A stretch of DNA of 64,000 nt, from the NCBI GenBank assembly GCA_964016885.1, contig OZ024742.1, positions 9,300,001 through 9,364,000 on the forward strand, given 5' to 3'. The notes below the pieces were generated by a model. It saw only the letters and a program-made list of their open reading frames with translations, searched no databases and was not told the origin of the DNA. This DNA comes from Eledone cirrhosa (lineage: Eukaryota). Positions 42,001-54,758 of this stretch are shown here, in pieces (within the stretch, counting starts at the first letter, position 1; each line of letters starts with the position of its first letter). A program made the translations under genes and the position numbers.

Positions 42001-43012
42001 GAGACAGTAGTGGAGATAGGAAAGAGACAGTAGTGGAGATAGGAGAGAGACAGTAGTGGAGATAGGAGAGAGACAGTAGAGGAGATAGAAGAGAGACAGT
42101 AGTGGAGATAGGAGAGAGACAGTAGTGGAGATAGATCAGAGACAGTAGTGGAGATAGGAGAGAGACAGTAGTGGAGATAGAAGAGAGACAGTAGTGGAGA
42201 TAGAAGTGAGACAGTAGAGGAGATAGGAGAGAGACAGTAGTGGAGATAGGAGAGAGACAGTAGTGTAGATAGAAGAGAGACAGTAGTGGAGATAGAAGAG
42301 AGACAGTAGTGGAGATAGGAGAGAGACAGTAGAGGAGATAGAAGAGAGACAGTAGTGGAGATAGAAGGGAGACAGTAGTGGAGATAGAAGAGAGACAGTA
42401 GTGGAGATAGAAGAGAGACAGTAGTGGAGATAGAAGGGAGACAGTAGTGGAGATAGAAGGGAGACAGTAGTGGAGATAGAAGAGAGACAGTAGTGGAGAT
42501 AGGAGAGAGACAGTAGTGGAGATAGGAGAGAGACAGTAGTGGAGATAGGAGAGAGACAGTAGTGGAGATAGATGAGAGACAGTAGTGGAGATAGAAGAGA
42601 GACAGTAGTGGAGATAGGAGAGAGACAGTAGTGGAGATAGGAGAGAGACAGTAGTGGAGATAGGAGAGAGACAGTAGTGGAGATAGAAGAGAGACAGTAG
42701 TGGAGATAGAAGTGAGACAGTAGTGGAGATAGGAGAGAGACAGTAGTGGAGATAGGAGAGAGACAGTAGTGGAGATAGAAGAGAGACAGTAGTGGAGATA
42801 GAAGAGAGACAGTAGTGGAGATAGTAGAGAGACAATAGTGGAGATAGAAGAGAGACAGTAGTGGAGATAGGAGAGAGACAGTAGTGGAGATAGAAGAGAG
42901 ACGGTAGTGGAGATAGAAGAGAGACAGTAGTGGTGATAGGAGAGAGACAATAGTGGAGATAGAAGAGAGACAGTAGTGGAGATAGGAGAGAGCCAGTAGT
43001 GGAGATAGGAGA
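15095..43012. repeat. ~28-kb 23-bp minisatellite array (GACAGTAGTGGAGATAGRAGAGA)n, ~1200 copies
   Basis: Period 23 (ACAG at 15101, 15124, 15147); the minus-strand translation repeats every 23 aa (3 units). Confidence 0.98.
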
Positions 43013-43314
43013 AATATAACTGTAAAAAGAGAGTTGAGATAGAATAGATCAAATAGAAGGCAGCGAAACAGTGAATGATAGAGATATATAGAGATGGCTG
43101 GTGCGTGCCTAGATAGAAATATGATAATGGCCGAGTGAAAGTGGATATAATAATAGGATCGATAGCAATAGTGATAGGTACACATACATCTAAAAGATAA
43201 ACATACACCCGTAAAAGAAAAAAACACACACTCACACAGTCAGACACGCACACAAATATATATACATTTACAATATATTAATAAATGGAAACTATATTTA
43301 TAAAACCATATTTA

Positions 43315-43376
43315 TTCTATTATATATATTTCAAGAGCCACCAAGGTAAATTATGGTGCGCTTTCATCAGATAAAA
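43315..43376 (-). ncRNA. Minimal type I HHR
   Basis: TTTTAT-CTGATGA-AAGCGCACCA...TGGTGGCTCTT-GAAA-TATATA-TA^ATAGAA. Confidence 0.8.
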
Positions 43377-43510
43377 TACAGATTTGTTTTATATATAAAT
43401 ATTGAAATACCCGGAAAAAAAACGACAACCTTAACTGCTCCAGGAAGCTCCAACCGTTAAGGTTGTCTTTTTTCGGGTATGTCAATATTTATTTATAAAA
43501 CAAATCTGTA

Positions 43511-43572
43511 TTTTATCTGATGAAAGCGCACCATAATTTACCTTGGTTGCACTTGAAATATATATAATAAAA
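43511..43572 (+). ncRNA. Minimal type I HHR
   Basis: TTTTAT-CTGATGA-AAGCGCACCA-TAATTTACCT-TGGTTGCACTT-GAAA-T-ATAT-A-TA^ATAAAA; palindromic loop 3. Confidence 0.85.
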
Positions 43573-43618
43573 AAAAATATGGTTTTATAAATGTAATTGC
43601 CATTTATTAATATATTGT

Positions 43619-43785
43619 CGGGGAATTGGCAGTATCGGTAGAGGGTCGGACGCCATGCTTTCCAGCATAGTTACGTCCCTTTACGATCAGATTTCAAACC
43701 CCGCCGAGGTTGACTTTGCCTTTCATCCTTACGGGGTCGATAAAATAAAGTACCAGTAATGTACTGGGTAATTGCTGGCCTTGTG
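43619..43785 (+). mobile_element. tRNA-derived SINE
   Basis: A-box-like TGGCAGTATCGG, B-box-like ATTTCAAACCC, central GACTTTGCCTTTCATCCTTACGGGGTCGATAAAATAAAGTACCAG shared with other copies in the window. Confidence 0.85.
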
Positions 43786-44160
43786 TATTTACTCCACTAA
43801 ATTGTTGAGTGCTTTATACCAGTTATAAAAATGTTTAAGCTTGTTGAATCCCAACAAATTAAATATAATTTCTGCATAATTATATATATATATATTGAGT
43901 GACTCGCTTAGCTTGGTCGTTTTTTTTGGCTTAGGCGGTTAATAGCTTCTTTACCGCTGTCTCAGTTTGTATGACCTTTATAACTTATGTTTATTGCTCT
44001 GGTCTCTTCTGGTCCATGTAGCGCTTGCCAACACAAATCGGAAGTTGCGTTTCGTTAATTTCTACTCGACGAAATATGATTCTCGCTAAATTTATATTTG
44101 TATATATAAACATATATATATATATATATATATATACAAACATATATGAGTGTGTGTCCG

Positions 44161-44262
<102 letters not shown>

Positions 44263-44779
44263 CATACATATACATTAGGGTTCATATACGCGTTTAAGTA
44301 TATAATTGTATATATGTATATATGTGTGTGTGCGCGTGTGTGTATATATGTGAGTGTACGTGTGTGTGTGTTTGTGTGTGTGTTTGTGTGTGCGCGTGTG
44401 TGTGTGTGTCTATTTAAGTTCATGCATTCGTTTATGTGCGTTCATATATATATATATGTGTATGGCGAATTATATATCACCATCTGACAGAGTAAATTTT
44501 ACATAAAAATACTCATTAAATGGGGCTCGTTGGAAATATCTTTACATCACATCAGGTTAAAATGCTAAAAAGGTTTTATAAATTTTCCGCTGGATATAAA
44601 AAAAAATACGAAAGGACAAAAACAAAACCAAACAAAACGTATACATACATACACCCACGCCCCTTGTGAACAAACAAATAAACTAAAAAAACTTAGATAT
44701 CAAGAAGCAAACACATTAAATCAAAACCATTATTATATAATTCTATTGGATAGAATCTGTGATTATATATATATATATA

Positions 44780-45285
44780 TATATATATCTTTCTCTCTTA
44801 CTGCTCCCCCGTTCTCTCTGTTTCTCTTACCTTCTTTCACCCTCTCTGTCAGTTACACTTTTTCTCTCGACTGACCTCTTCCTCGCACTTCCACTCACTC
44901 ACTCTCTGTTTCTCCCCTTCTCACTTCTCCCCGTTCGCTAGTAGTGGGGTTCCTTCTTTCTCACACCGCATTCACGGCGTACGGTCTGCTTCTCTGACCG
45001 CTCATGAAATTCACCCAGTTTATGCTGATCGGATAACTATCATGTTGCTTGCTGTTTTCCAACCTTCGGTTTGCTTTTCCTTCTGTTGTTTACTTGTCTC
45101 ACTCGCTTTACGCGTTTCACTTGTCCCAATAGCTTATTTTAGTTATTGCTCGCACCAACCTGAGGTATCTGATTTTTAATGCGATGAAATACCAATGATG
45201 GTTGGCAAATCACTGATGAGGGACTAATTTTATAATATGTAATCCATGTGCAACCATACAGTATTCTTCTCCCCTTGTTTTTCAT
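44780..45285. repeat. Diverged inverted homolog of the 4783-5550 repeat family
   Basis: GCGATGAAATACCAATGATGGTTGG..CACTGATGA and the upstream block match the reverse complement of 5290-5550. Confidence 0.7.
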
Positions 45286-45441
45286 ATATATATATATATA
45301 TATATATGTAGATAAATCTACCAAGAGTTTACGGTAGTGTCCAATCCGTATGAAGAACTCAATGTATTCCGGATATCATGGAAAGAAGAGATGTAATGAA
45401 AAATCACTTTCGGTGAAAGATAAACGGAATACAGAGTCAAG

Positions 45442-45864
45442 ATAAAATATTAAACAAATAATGAATAAAACAATGAAACAGTTCCTTATATTAAACAAAA
45501 AAAGTTCATTATTTAACGATCGTTTCTAGGATATATATGTGTTAGAATTGGCATGCATATTCAACAGATCTATGTACAAAATTATACAAAATTATACAAA
45601 CTATCAAGATTAAATATACATACCAAACACACATATATGCCGTCTTCAGAAGATTTCTGAAGACGGCATATATGTGTGTTTGGTATGTATATTTAATCTT
45701 GATAGTTTGTATAATTTTGTATAATTTTGTACATAGATCTGTTGAATATGCATGCCAATTCTAACACATATATATCCTAGAAACGATCGTTAAATAATGA
45801 ACTTTTTTTGTTTAATATAAGGAACTGTTTCATTGTTTTATTCATTATTTGTTTAATATTTTAT
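45442..45864. repeat. Perfect palindrome, 210-bp arms, 3-nt loop
   Basis: Centre CAGAA-GAT-TTCTG at 45647-45659; no arm mismatch seen by eye. Confidence 0.95.
45653..45795 (+). ncRNA. Long-stem-II type I HHR (mirrored on minus strand at ~45511-45651)
   Basis: ATTT-CTGAAGA-CGGCATATATGTGT...ACACATATATATCCTA-GAAAC-GATC-GTT^AAAT; palindromic AACGATCGTT stem III. Confidence 0.7.
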
Positions 45865-46190
45865 ATATATATATATATATTTTTATTTATTTATTTATTT
45901 ATATATATTTATTTATTTATATATATATATACATATATATGTATGCATGTATATTAATGTATACACACACATATATGTATATATATGTATATATATACAT
46001 ATAAATATATGTATATATATATATATACATATATATTTGTGTATAGTGGTAGCTAAGGTGCTTCCGTAGGCGGTATGCCAAAATTAGCACTAGATATCCA
46101 TCAGAGTAGAGTGTAAATATTATCAAGAAAACGAAAAATCAGTGATGCATCTGGACTTAGTTTAATTCGTGTTACAAATGTTTCGCCGGC

Positions 46191-46236
<46 letters not shown>

Positions 46237-46240
<4 letters not shown>

Positions 46241-46540
46241 GTTTCTACTTTTGGCACAAAGCCAGGAATAAACCAGTATATTACTGGTACTTTATTTTTG
46301 CGACCCCGATGCTATGACATATGTTAGCTTCTTTATTCCTTTTTTCTCATATATTTAATTAATCTGTGATTCTAAAATTGTGTTTTTCTATTTCATTAAT
46401 ATAACTAGTTGTATTATTATGAGTTCAAATCCCACCGGGGTTAACTTTGCCTTTCGTCCTTACGGGGTCGATTAAATAAAGTACCAGTAATGCACTGGGT
46501 GATTGCTGGCTTTGTGCCAAAAGTAGAAACAATTATTATT
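46237..46540. mobile_element. Two SINE fragments in inverted orientation
   Basis: 46237-46308 (-) and 46419-46540 (+) both match the SINE 3' part (GGGGTCG..AAAGTACCAG..GGCTTTGTGCCAAAAGTAGAAACAATTAT). Confidence 0.8.
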
Positions 46541-46973
46541 CCCAGTATTTCATAGTTTGTGCTCAAAGTATAATACTTTTATTAGTATCATGAGATTAAT
46601 AAGGGGCGATGATAACTGTGTCAAGCGTATAATGAAAGTGATGTCCTTTTGATGAGGACAACGCCCAGATTATATTAGAATGACTTCTCGTCCGAGTACC
46701 TCATAACACGGAGATACTTTCCTTATTAGCCAAGCAAAACAGCGACAATGAGTAGGTGTGGGGGGGGGGCGTAATTATGAGTTTCTCTATGTGGGAAATC
46801 GTTATTATTATATTTTCTTGGTATTATTATCATTATTAATATTATTGATTTCGTGTCTCTAGGTGCAATCGTTGTTTTTGCTTAAATTGTATGGTGTTAC
46901 TTTGGTTAATAAATAGTTATATCAATACCATTATATATAAGTATATACATACATATATCTATATATTAATAAT

Positions 46974-47033
46974 AAGTATCGAGTACTCCGGTGAGTTATG
47001 GTCCACCTGGTTCCTTACCACACTTTCTTCGTT
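46974..47033 (+). repeat. 3'-end fragment of the 61.1-61.55 kb HHR element family
   Basis: AAGTATCGAGTACT...TTATGGTCCACCTGGTTCCTTACCACA..TTCGTTA, then (TA)n. Confidence 0.8.
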
Positions 47034-47080
47034 ATATATATATATATATATACATAAACATATATATATATATATACATA

Positions 47081-47169
<89 letters not shown>

Positions 47170-47178
47170 ATATATATA

Positions 47179-47225
<47 letters not shown>

Positions 47226-47309
47226 AGTGGGTGTAACTAGGAGTTACTGCAGTTTCACCTGGGTGAGCACTCGATGTTAAGGTTCACTTCTTTGATGATG
47301 TGTAGAGCT

Positions 47310-47401
47310 ATAGGGTCCGTCGAGCTGCCGATTATTGAGTCGGGTAGGATCGATATAGATCGAACCTTGAGCTGATCAGTGGCGAAACGCGCGTCACCTA
47401 T
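47310..47401 (+). ncRNA. Degenerate long-stem-II HHR
   Basis: ATAGGGT-CCGTCGA-GCTGCCGATT...GATCAGTGGC-GAAAC-GCGC-GTC^ACCTAT, then AATAAA; two core mutations. Confidence 0.6.
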
Positions 47402-47461
47402 CAATAAATGCAATGAAGGAATAATCAATCGTCCGTTTTATCCTTTCTATATATATATACA

Positions 47462-47963
<502 letters not shown>

Positions 47964-47978
47964 TATATATATATATAT

Positions 47979-48124
47979 AAAAGGAAAAGAATGACTTCAC
48001 TTGTAGTTCTAAATAATTTGATTTAATTTTATCATATTATGATATTATGAGTTATAATATTATATTATTATAAAATTAAATCAAATTAATTAGAACTACA
48101 AGTGAAGTCATTCTTTTCCTTTTT
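47979..48124. repeat. Fold-back inverted repeat (~55-bp arms)
   Basis: AAAGGAAAAGAATGACTTCACTTGTAGTTCTAA.. / ..TTAGAACTACAAGTGAAGTCATTCTTTTCCTTT. Confidence 0.88.
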
Positions 48125-48294
48125 TTCAAATATACATAACTGTACCAAGGATCTCATATATATATGTATGTTTGTACACTTCCATTCATCGAAAACCTGT
48201 TTCGTGTAGAGACGTTTCACCTGATGATATCTGGGGTGACATGTGATCGCTCATTGGACACACCTGAGAAATATAGAATATTCACCATAAATAG

Positions 48295-48896
48295 GAGTTG
48301 AATGTGATAATAACATCTTCTGGGAAGAGTTCGGAAAGCTCAGTAAATCTAAAGATCTGACAACTGAAATTGAGAAAATGTGGCTTCGTAAAGCCTGTAC
48401 TAAACCAGTCTTAGTCGGTGTATTTGGAATGATGAAAAACGGAACTGATAATTATTTGGGCCAGATACCTGGAAAGCCATCTTTGCATGAGCTACAGAAT
48501 TTAGTTCTGACTGGCACTGTACATATCCTAACAAGGGCATTATCAGTTTAAATACCTTGTAAAGATATTTACTGTTGTTTGTGCCGTTATGGTATCATTT
48601 TATAACAATTGATTGTCAGATGTGTGTATTGTCAATTTTTTCCTCAACTGTCAGATTGACATGATTTGCGAAAGAAGCAGATTTCAAAGGAACTTTCAAA
48701 TAATACTAATAATGATAATACTACTTTTTTTTTTTTAATAATTATAATCAATGTGCTTTATTAACTGGCTTACCAATGCATACTGTGAATTTATTTGCCC
48801 TAGGTGTCAGGAAGACACTCGGCATATATCTCAGAAACAATAACGAAAGAAAATAAAAATAACAATAATAATAATAATAATAAATATAATAATAAT
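48295..48896 (+). mobile_element. 3' fragment of an R4/Dong-clade (restriction-like endonuclease) LINE
   Basis: 48303-48551 translates ..KLSKSKDLTTEIEKMW..PVLVGVFGMMKNGT..YLGQIPGKPSLHELQNLVLTGTVHILTRALSV*, resembling R4/Dong C-termini; ends in (AAT)n. Confidence 0.75.
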
Positions 48897-49146
48897 GCTT
48901 TCTTTATTAACCACAAGGATCTACATAAAGTAGACATTAAGGACAGTACAGGACAATACAGGGCGGTACAAATGGGCATTTATGCGTGTAAAAAACAAGA
49001 AACAGAGGATGTAATAATAAAACAATGAAAAAATTCCCCAATAGGGTGGAGACTTCCGAGGGACATTCGCGGAGAAAGCCCATTAAAAAGCCACAGTGAC
49101 CCTGACCACCAGGGCAAGTGCCCTCTCCCAGTTTTCCACCATTAAT

Positions 49147-52100
49147 TTACAGACACATACTCGGAGTAGGCCCATTCACTCGGGCCATTCTTGCCTCTCT
49201 CACCCATCTTTCAACAAAATGCTGGGAAGAGAGCACTTCCCTTTCTACCCTGATTTTCCTTTTTAAATGAAATTTGAAAAAGTTAATCAGGGCATCACCG
49301 AAGAGGTAAGTGCTCGTTTTCAGCCCTTTCAAACGTGTCCACCATACTATCTCTTTCGCCATGGCCACCAGACAGATAAAAACTGCCTGCCCTTCCCGGC
49401 TAAAGGAAGAGGGTGGGGCAATTCTCACGATGGACTCAGCTGATAGCTGGATCCGTACTACACGCGACAGCAGGTGTTCGACATAAACCCACAAGTCAGC
49501 AATGCTCGGACACTGGACGAGTGCGTGCAGGACGGTTTCGTCGCCCTGCGCGCATCTCGGACATGCCCGGTTGACGGCACCTCCATGCCTGTAGAGTTTA
49601 TCCCGAACTGGCAAAGCTCCTCGGTAGCACTGCCAGGCCAGGGATTTCTGGAAGTTGTCCATAGGCCGCGGCCCTAAAGTTCTTCCGAAGAGATTGGCTA
49701 GTTGATTTTCGTCGACGCCTAGAGTTTCCCCAAGTACGTCGTCGCTCTTCCCCTCCACTAATCCTCTATAGAACGCCAAGTTGGAGTTTCCACCGATCAC
49801 ATTGCCCGATTGGTCGAGGGCTGTGAGCGCCTGAAGACATTCCAGTCTCCAAGCGCTCCCTCTCGGTCTTCGCTTGAATCCAGGACTACAGCTCCGTCAA
49901 GGAGACGAGCTGGGGAAAGACGCGTCAGGCAAACGGAGACCACACCTGATCACCGTCGAGGAAGAGGTGGAGATGTCGTAGCCTGAGCGCATGTCTGCGC
50001 ATCATCAGCCACGGCATTCCCAGCCCTCCACGTAGCGGGTGTTGACAACAGATGGACCGCCTGACCATCGGAGCGCGTCCCTTCCACAAAAAGCGAAAGA
50101 GCAAATGCTCCAGCGCAGTCAGGCGGGGCTTAGGACAAGGTACGACGGTCAGGCGGTAGTAGATGACGGACGCGATATACGCGTTAGCCACCTCCGCTCG
50201 ACCTTTCAGCGATAGCTTCCTCTCGGCCCATTTCTGGGTGAGAGAAGCCACCCTGCTCGTCACCTCGTCCCAGTTTTTGTCCGTCTGGAGATCCAGACTG
50301 AACCAGACCCCGAGCAATTTAACTGGTCCGTCCGTCCAGCGCCAGACGACGCTGTTGGACGGCATGGACCTGCCTCTCCAGGTGCCGAGCTGCAGGCCCA
50401 CTGACTTTTCCTGGTTGATCATTGCTCCTGTCACCGCTTCGTATTCTCTTAGTGTAGTGCCGATCGCTTCGATGTGTTTGGCGTTCGACACCACTACGGT
50501 GACATCGTCCGCATATGTTGACACGGATCTTCCGCATCCTAGTTGCGCGGGACCCCCCTCAACCTCTCCAGTTTGTGCAGTAATGGCTCGAGAGTCAATA
50601 CGTACAAGAGGGACGAGAGGGGACATCCTTGGCGGACCGAGCGCATGATGTTGAACGGTTCCGAAAGGTGACCGTTCACTCTCACCACAGAGCAGATGTC
50701 GCTGTGCATGGCAACGATCCAGCCTCTGAAGACGGGCCCAAAGCCAGCCGCCCTCAGGACTGCCGCTAGATAACGATGGTCGACCCTATCGAAAGCTTTC
50801 GACTGATCTAAATTGATCAAGGACCCACCCGTGCCAGGTTCCCTAGCTACCCTCTCTACGATGTATTGCATGAGGTGGAGGTTGTCGTGGATGGATCTGT
50901 CGGGAATGGCTCATGTCTGCGCCTCTCCCACCAGACCACCAACGACAAGCGCCAACTTCTTTGCTAGCACCTTGGCCAAAATCTTGAACTCTGTGATTAG
51001 CAGAGTTATGGGCCTAAAATTATCTATGTTATCCCCCTTGTTCGGATCCTTTTTTCAGCAGCGCCACAGCTCCTCGGCTCGCAGAGCTGGGAATTCTCCC
51101 GTTCTGTTGCCAGTTGCAGTAGACGTCCGCCAAGAGGCCTCCGAACAAGTCTGGCATCTGTACGTAAAGTTCATAGGGCAGACCATCCAAACCAGGCGAT
51201 TTACCCCTTGTGCAGCTAGTCATTGCCTCCCGTAATTTAGCGGCTGTTATCGGCTTTTCGCAACACTCCGCCTCAGTGGCCGAGAGCCGCGAAAGTCCGT
51301 CGAGGTAGACACTAAAGTCCATCCCTCGATCCGGCCCGCCGCTGCCCCCGAACAACTGAGCGAAATGTCGCTGAAAAGCTTCACACATTTGCCCGGGATC
51401 GAGTAGCATGCGCCCGTCATGGTCCACCAAAGACCGGATCGTGGCTTTGTTGCCACGACACGCCTCCGCCTCTCGGGCCCATTGAACGGCTTTCGTCCCC
51501 TCGTGTATGAGAGCACGCACCCTAGCGTTGACAACGCAGCCTTTGTGCTTTGCATTGGAGAATTGGTTAAGGGCCAATTTCGCCGCAAGTACGTCGGTCG
51601 CGATGCCTTTGCTAAGCGCCTCGTCTAATTTTCTAACTAGTTCTCCCTCTGCTCTATTTTTCTCTATTGCTAAAGCCTTACTAAACCAAATGGACTCTAT
51701 TCTAATCGCTCTTTTCAGAGCAAACCACCACTTGTTGTTCACGATGGCCCCCGTCAACGCCCGCCTAACTAGTTTGCTAATCCGCTCTCTGTAGGGCTTG
51801 CGCGCTGATGAGGACGCGTTTAGCTTCCAGTAGCCGATTCCTCGTCTATGAAGCCTATCTAAGTCAATCACACAGACCACGAATTTGTGGTCCGTGTAGC
51901 TGACTATCTTGAATTGTGGACAGCCTATGCTAGACCTATCTATTTCCTTACAAAATACTCTATCTAGATATGATCTGTATGACCCTATGAGATTTGTCCA
52001 AGTCCACATTTGCACATTCGGGAAATCCAATCGGTACCTGTCAGACAGTTCAAAACGCCTGAGCAGGTTGGTGAGGCTCTTGTACCCTCCTCCCCTATCC

Positions 52101-52549
52101 GCTAATTCCACAGAGTCCCAGCGTGCATCTAAGATCCCGTTCCAGTCGCCGACTAACACTAAATAGCGGGACGTTCCAAGAAAGGTCTCCAGACGCCGGA
52201 AGAAATCAGACCGCCCTACTCCTGTCGGGGCATAGACGGCCACTAGCTTGAAAGCTTGCCCGTCTCCGCTGGTCACGTCCAGCACCACCAACTTACCTTC
52301 TGGGTCCAGGAAGATGGCCCGAATGGCGAGATCCAAACATCTCCGAAAAAGCACAGCAACTCCTCCCCCCGATCCAGGACGTCTGGGAGATGCGTTCACA
52401 TCGTAGTCGCCGAAGATCGGTGCGAAGGCCCGTGCTGCGGAGATTCTGGTCTCGCTGATGGCCACTACATCTATGTTTAGTGACCTGAGGTCGTTGATCA
52501 GGTGGCCCAAGCCACGCGCATTTATGCTGCCTATTCTGAGTGAGGTCAT
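49147..52549 (-). pseudogene. LINE ORF2: APE endonuclease + RT + C-terminal zinc finger (broken into 4 frames)
   Basis: SINARGL, ISET, AVYAP, GDWN, YLDRVF, TDHK; KSPGLDGLPYELY, DQSKAFDRVDH, VRQGCPLS, YADDV, KLLGVW; CPRC..ETVLHALVQC. Confidence 0.93.
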
Positions 52550-52583
52550 GTTGAAATGGAGTGGAAAAGATGGGAAAGACCAC

Positions 52584-54475
52584 TTACCTTACTTCTCGTA
52601 GAGGAAGGATGGTTTCTCCATCCTTTTCACTGCTTGTGGCCTCCTCCGGAAGGATGTCCTTATAAATACTCCTGGAGAGTGCTTGTCGGAAGTCTCCGAT
52701 GTCTTTGGGGAATTTTTGCTTTACTGTCGTGTACGTTTTCTGTGTGATGAGAATGATTTGTATGTGTGGAGGTGGTGTGAACTTTTGGGTTGTTGTGTAA
52801 TCTTTTTCTGTGATGCTGGTGTTGTGTCGGATGTAGTGTATTAATTGGTTGTTGTTCAAATTTAATGCTGTGTAGTGTGTATCGTTTTCGTTGTTTTGTT
52901 TTGATTACGTTTGTTGTGGGTTTGTTTCTGTTTCGCTTATTGGTGACTTTTGTGGTGTTGGTGATGGTGTTGGTGTTTGTGGTGATGAGGTTGGTAATGC
53001 TGGTGTGGATGGTGGCATATATGTCCTAACTTTTTTGTTTGATAGTTTATTTATTTCCCTCTGTATTTTGTTTTTGGAGAGGGAGGGAAGAGAATTTTTT
53101 TCTTTTTTGGTTTCTTTTTTTCTTTTTTCCTGATACCGTTTCTCACTCCTCGTCGTCACAATCTGTCTCCAGTTGTGATAGGCCGGGGAGTGGAAAATCC
53201 TCCACAGGCGTTGGTTTTGGTTGTGGCGTGGTGGATGGTGTAGGCGCTGGTGCTAGTTCTGACGCGTTGGGTGGTGGTGGTGTTTTTTTGCTACTGTTGC
53301 TAGGGTTGTTGCTGTTACAGTTGCTTCTGTTGTTGCTGCTACTGTTGTTGCTGCCATTTCTGCTGCTGGTGGTGTTGATGGTTGAGTCACTGGGGTGGGT
53401 AAAAGAGGTGGCCTCAACCTTTCAGCCTGAGGGCAGAAAGTCCTTAGATGTGTTCCTTCACCACAAACGACACACCTAGGCCTTCTGCCCTCGACGATTA
53501 CGGTGAGGTGGCTGCTGTCAGTGAGGTCTATTACCTCTGGGATCTCCTCAATGCTTTTTTGGTCCGCTTGGATCAGGAGCTCCATCCCAGATCCAGACCA
53601 ATTCTCCTGCTTTTCTTTCGCTATTTCGATTATCTTGGTGTTGGCTTCGATGCCGGCGAGGACGGCAGCTATTAGCCAGGAAATTTTGATGGCCGGTGGA
53701 ACGTGGGTCATCCTGATCTTCACGAGTCTCTGGCCACAATAGCTTGGGACGAGTGTGAAGTCGTCACTTCTTAATGGGGCCATGGAGTGTTCTCTGGCCT
53801 CCTGTGGTGTTTCAAAGAACATGTCCACGGTTCCATATTTCTGCCCACGTCTGATGTGGGCTTTCTTGCCCACACATGTCCCAAAGATTTTGGATTTGGA
53901 ACTCGGATGCCCGTTCCACTCGGCGCGATTTTATGTTAATCGTCCGATAAGACACGGTGCATATTAGCTGGGGGGGGGGGGGTGAAGCTGACCCTGTACC
54001 CATCTTTCTTTACCATTTTTTTGCCTTCTTCTAATTCCTCCTGGGTTACCTGGAATGCTTCGCACTGTTTTGCTACTCTGGCAAAACTCAGGGTGGTTTT
54101 CTTAATTTCATTGTTGCTGTTGTTGTTATCGTTATTTTTGTTATTGTTAATTTTAGTTTCAGTTGTGGTGGTGGTGGCGTCAGTGGTGTTCGGTGTGGAA
54201 GAGTTCATTTTGGTTGAATTCATTTCGATATCACGAGTTAATTTATTTTTTTATTTTGTTTCTGTTGTCGCTGTGGTGGTGGTGGAGGTGGTGGTGGTGG
54301 CGGCTTTAACACCTGCAGTCATTGGTAATGGCGGTAAATGAATGTCTGCCTGAGACAAATTTAAAATATTGCCACTGCTTATATTTTTAGTGTTGGCAAA
54401 CGTAGTAATATTTACAATGGTGGTGTCGGTGTGAGGTGTTAGTTTGTGAGGAAGGTGTGACTTTGTGTCGTCCAT
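52584..54475 (-). pseudogene. LINE ORF1 (gag-like, CCHC knuckle), frameshifted
   Basis: TLSFARVAK; VEGRRPRCVVCGEGTHLRTFCP in 53253-53873; T/P/K-rich low-complexity segments; one break near the G-run at ~53970. Confidence 0.75.
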
Positions 54476-54691
54476 GATTTTTTCAAAGAAACATTTTTTG
54501 TTTGATAATTATGAAAGTTTAAATTTTGGGCTCAAGGCGCCAATCTTTTTGAGTGTCCTTTGCAGAAAACAATGTATGTGCACTTATATACAGTTAACAA
54601 ATAAAATTTTCCATAAATGACAATTTTAAACAACTGAAAATAACAAACCTTTGCGGAGCTCACGATAATACGATTTACTACGTAGGTCGCC

Positions 54692-54758
<67 letters not shown>
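54692..54758. repeat. (AAT)n microsatellite
   Basis: Direct observation; abuts the LINE 5' end. Confidence 0.97.

Larger units (their letters stand above)
43270..43618. repeat. Fold-back element with ~165-bp imperfect arms, each carrying an HHR
   Basis: Left arm 43270-43435 is the reverse complement of ~43456-43618; spacer TGCTCCAGGAAGCTCCAACC. Confidence 0.9.
48897..54691 (-). mobile_element. Near full-length L1/Tx1-clade LINE
   Basis: ORF1 with zinc knuckle, ORF2 APE-RT-Cys domain, 3' AATAAA at ~48905; (AAT)n at both ends. Confidence 0.92.

Noticed and set aside
14829-43253. Giant minus-strand ORFs (up to 6421 aa) of SLLSPLLSLSYLHYCLSSISTTV repeats
   Set aside because: The pyrimidine-rich strand of the 23-mer has no stop codon, so all three frames are open; the period is not a multiple of 3 and indels are tolerated. 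Artefact of the satellite.
48221-48285. CTGATGA...GAAATATAGAATATT as another HHR
   Set aside because: Stem I strands (TTCAC / CACC) do not pair and the stem II base is weak.
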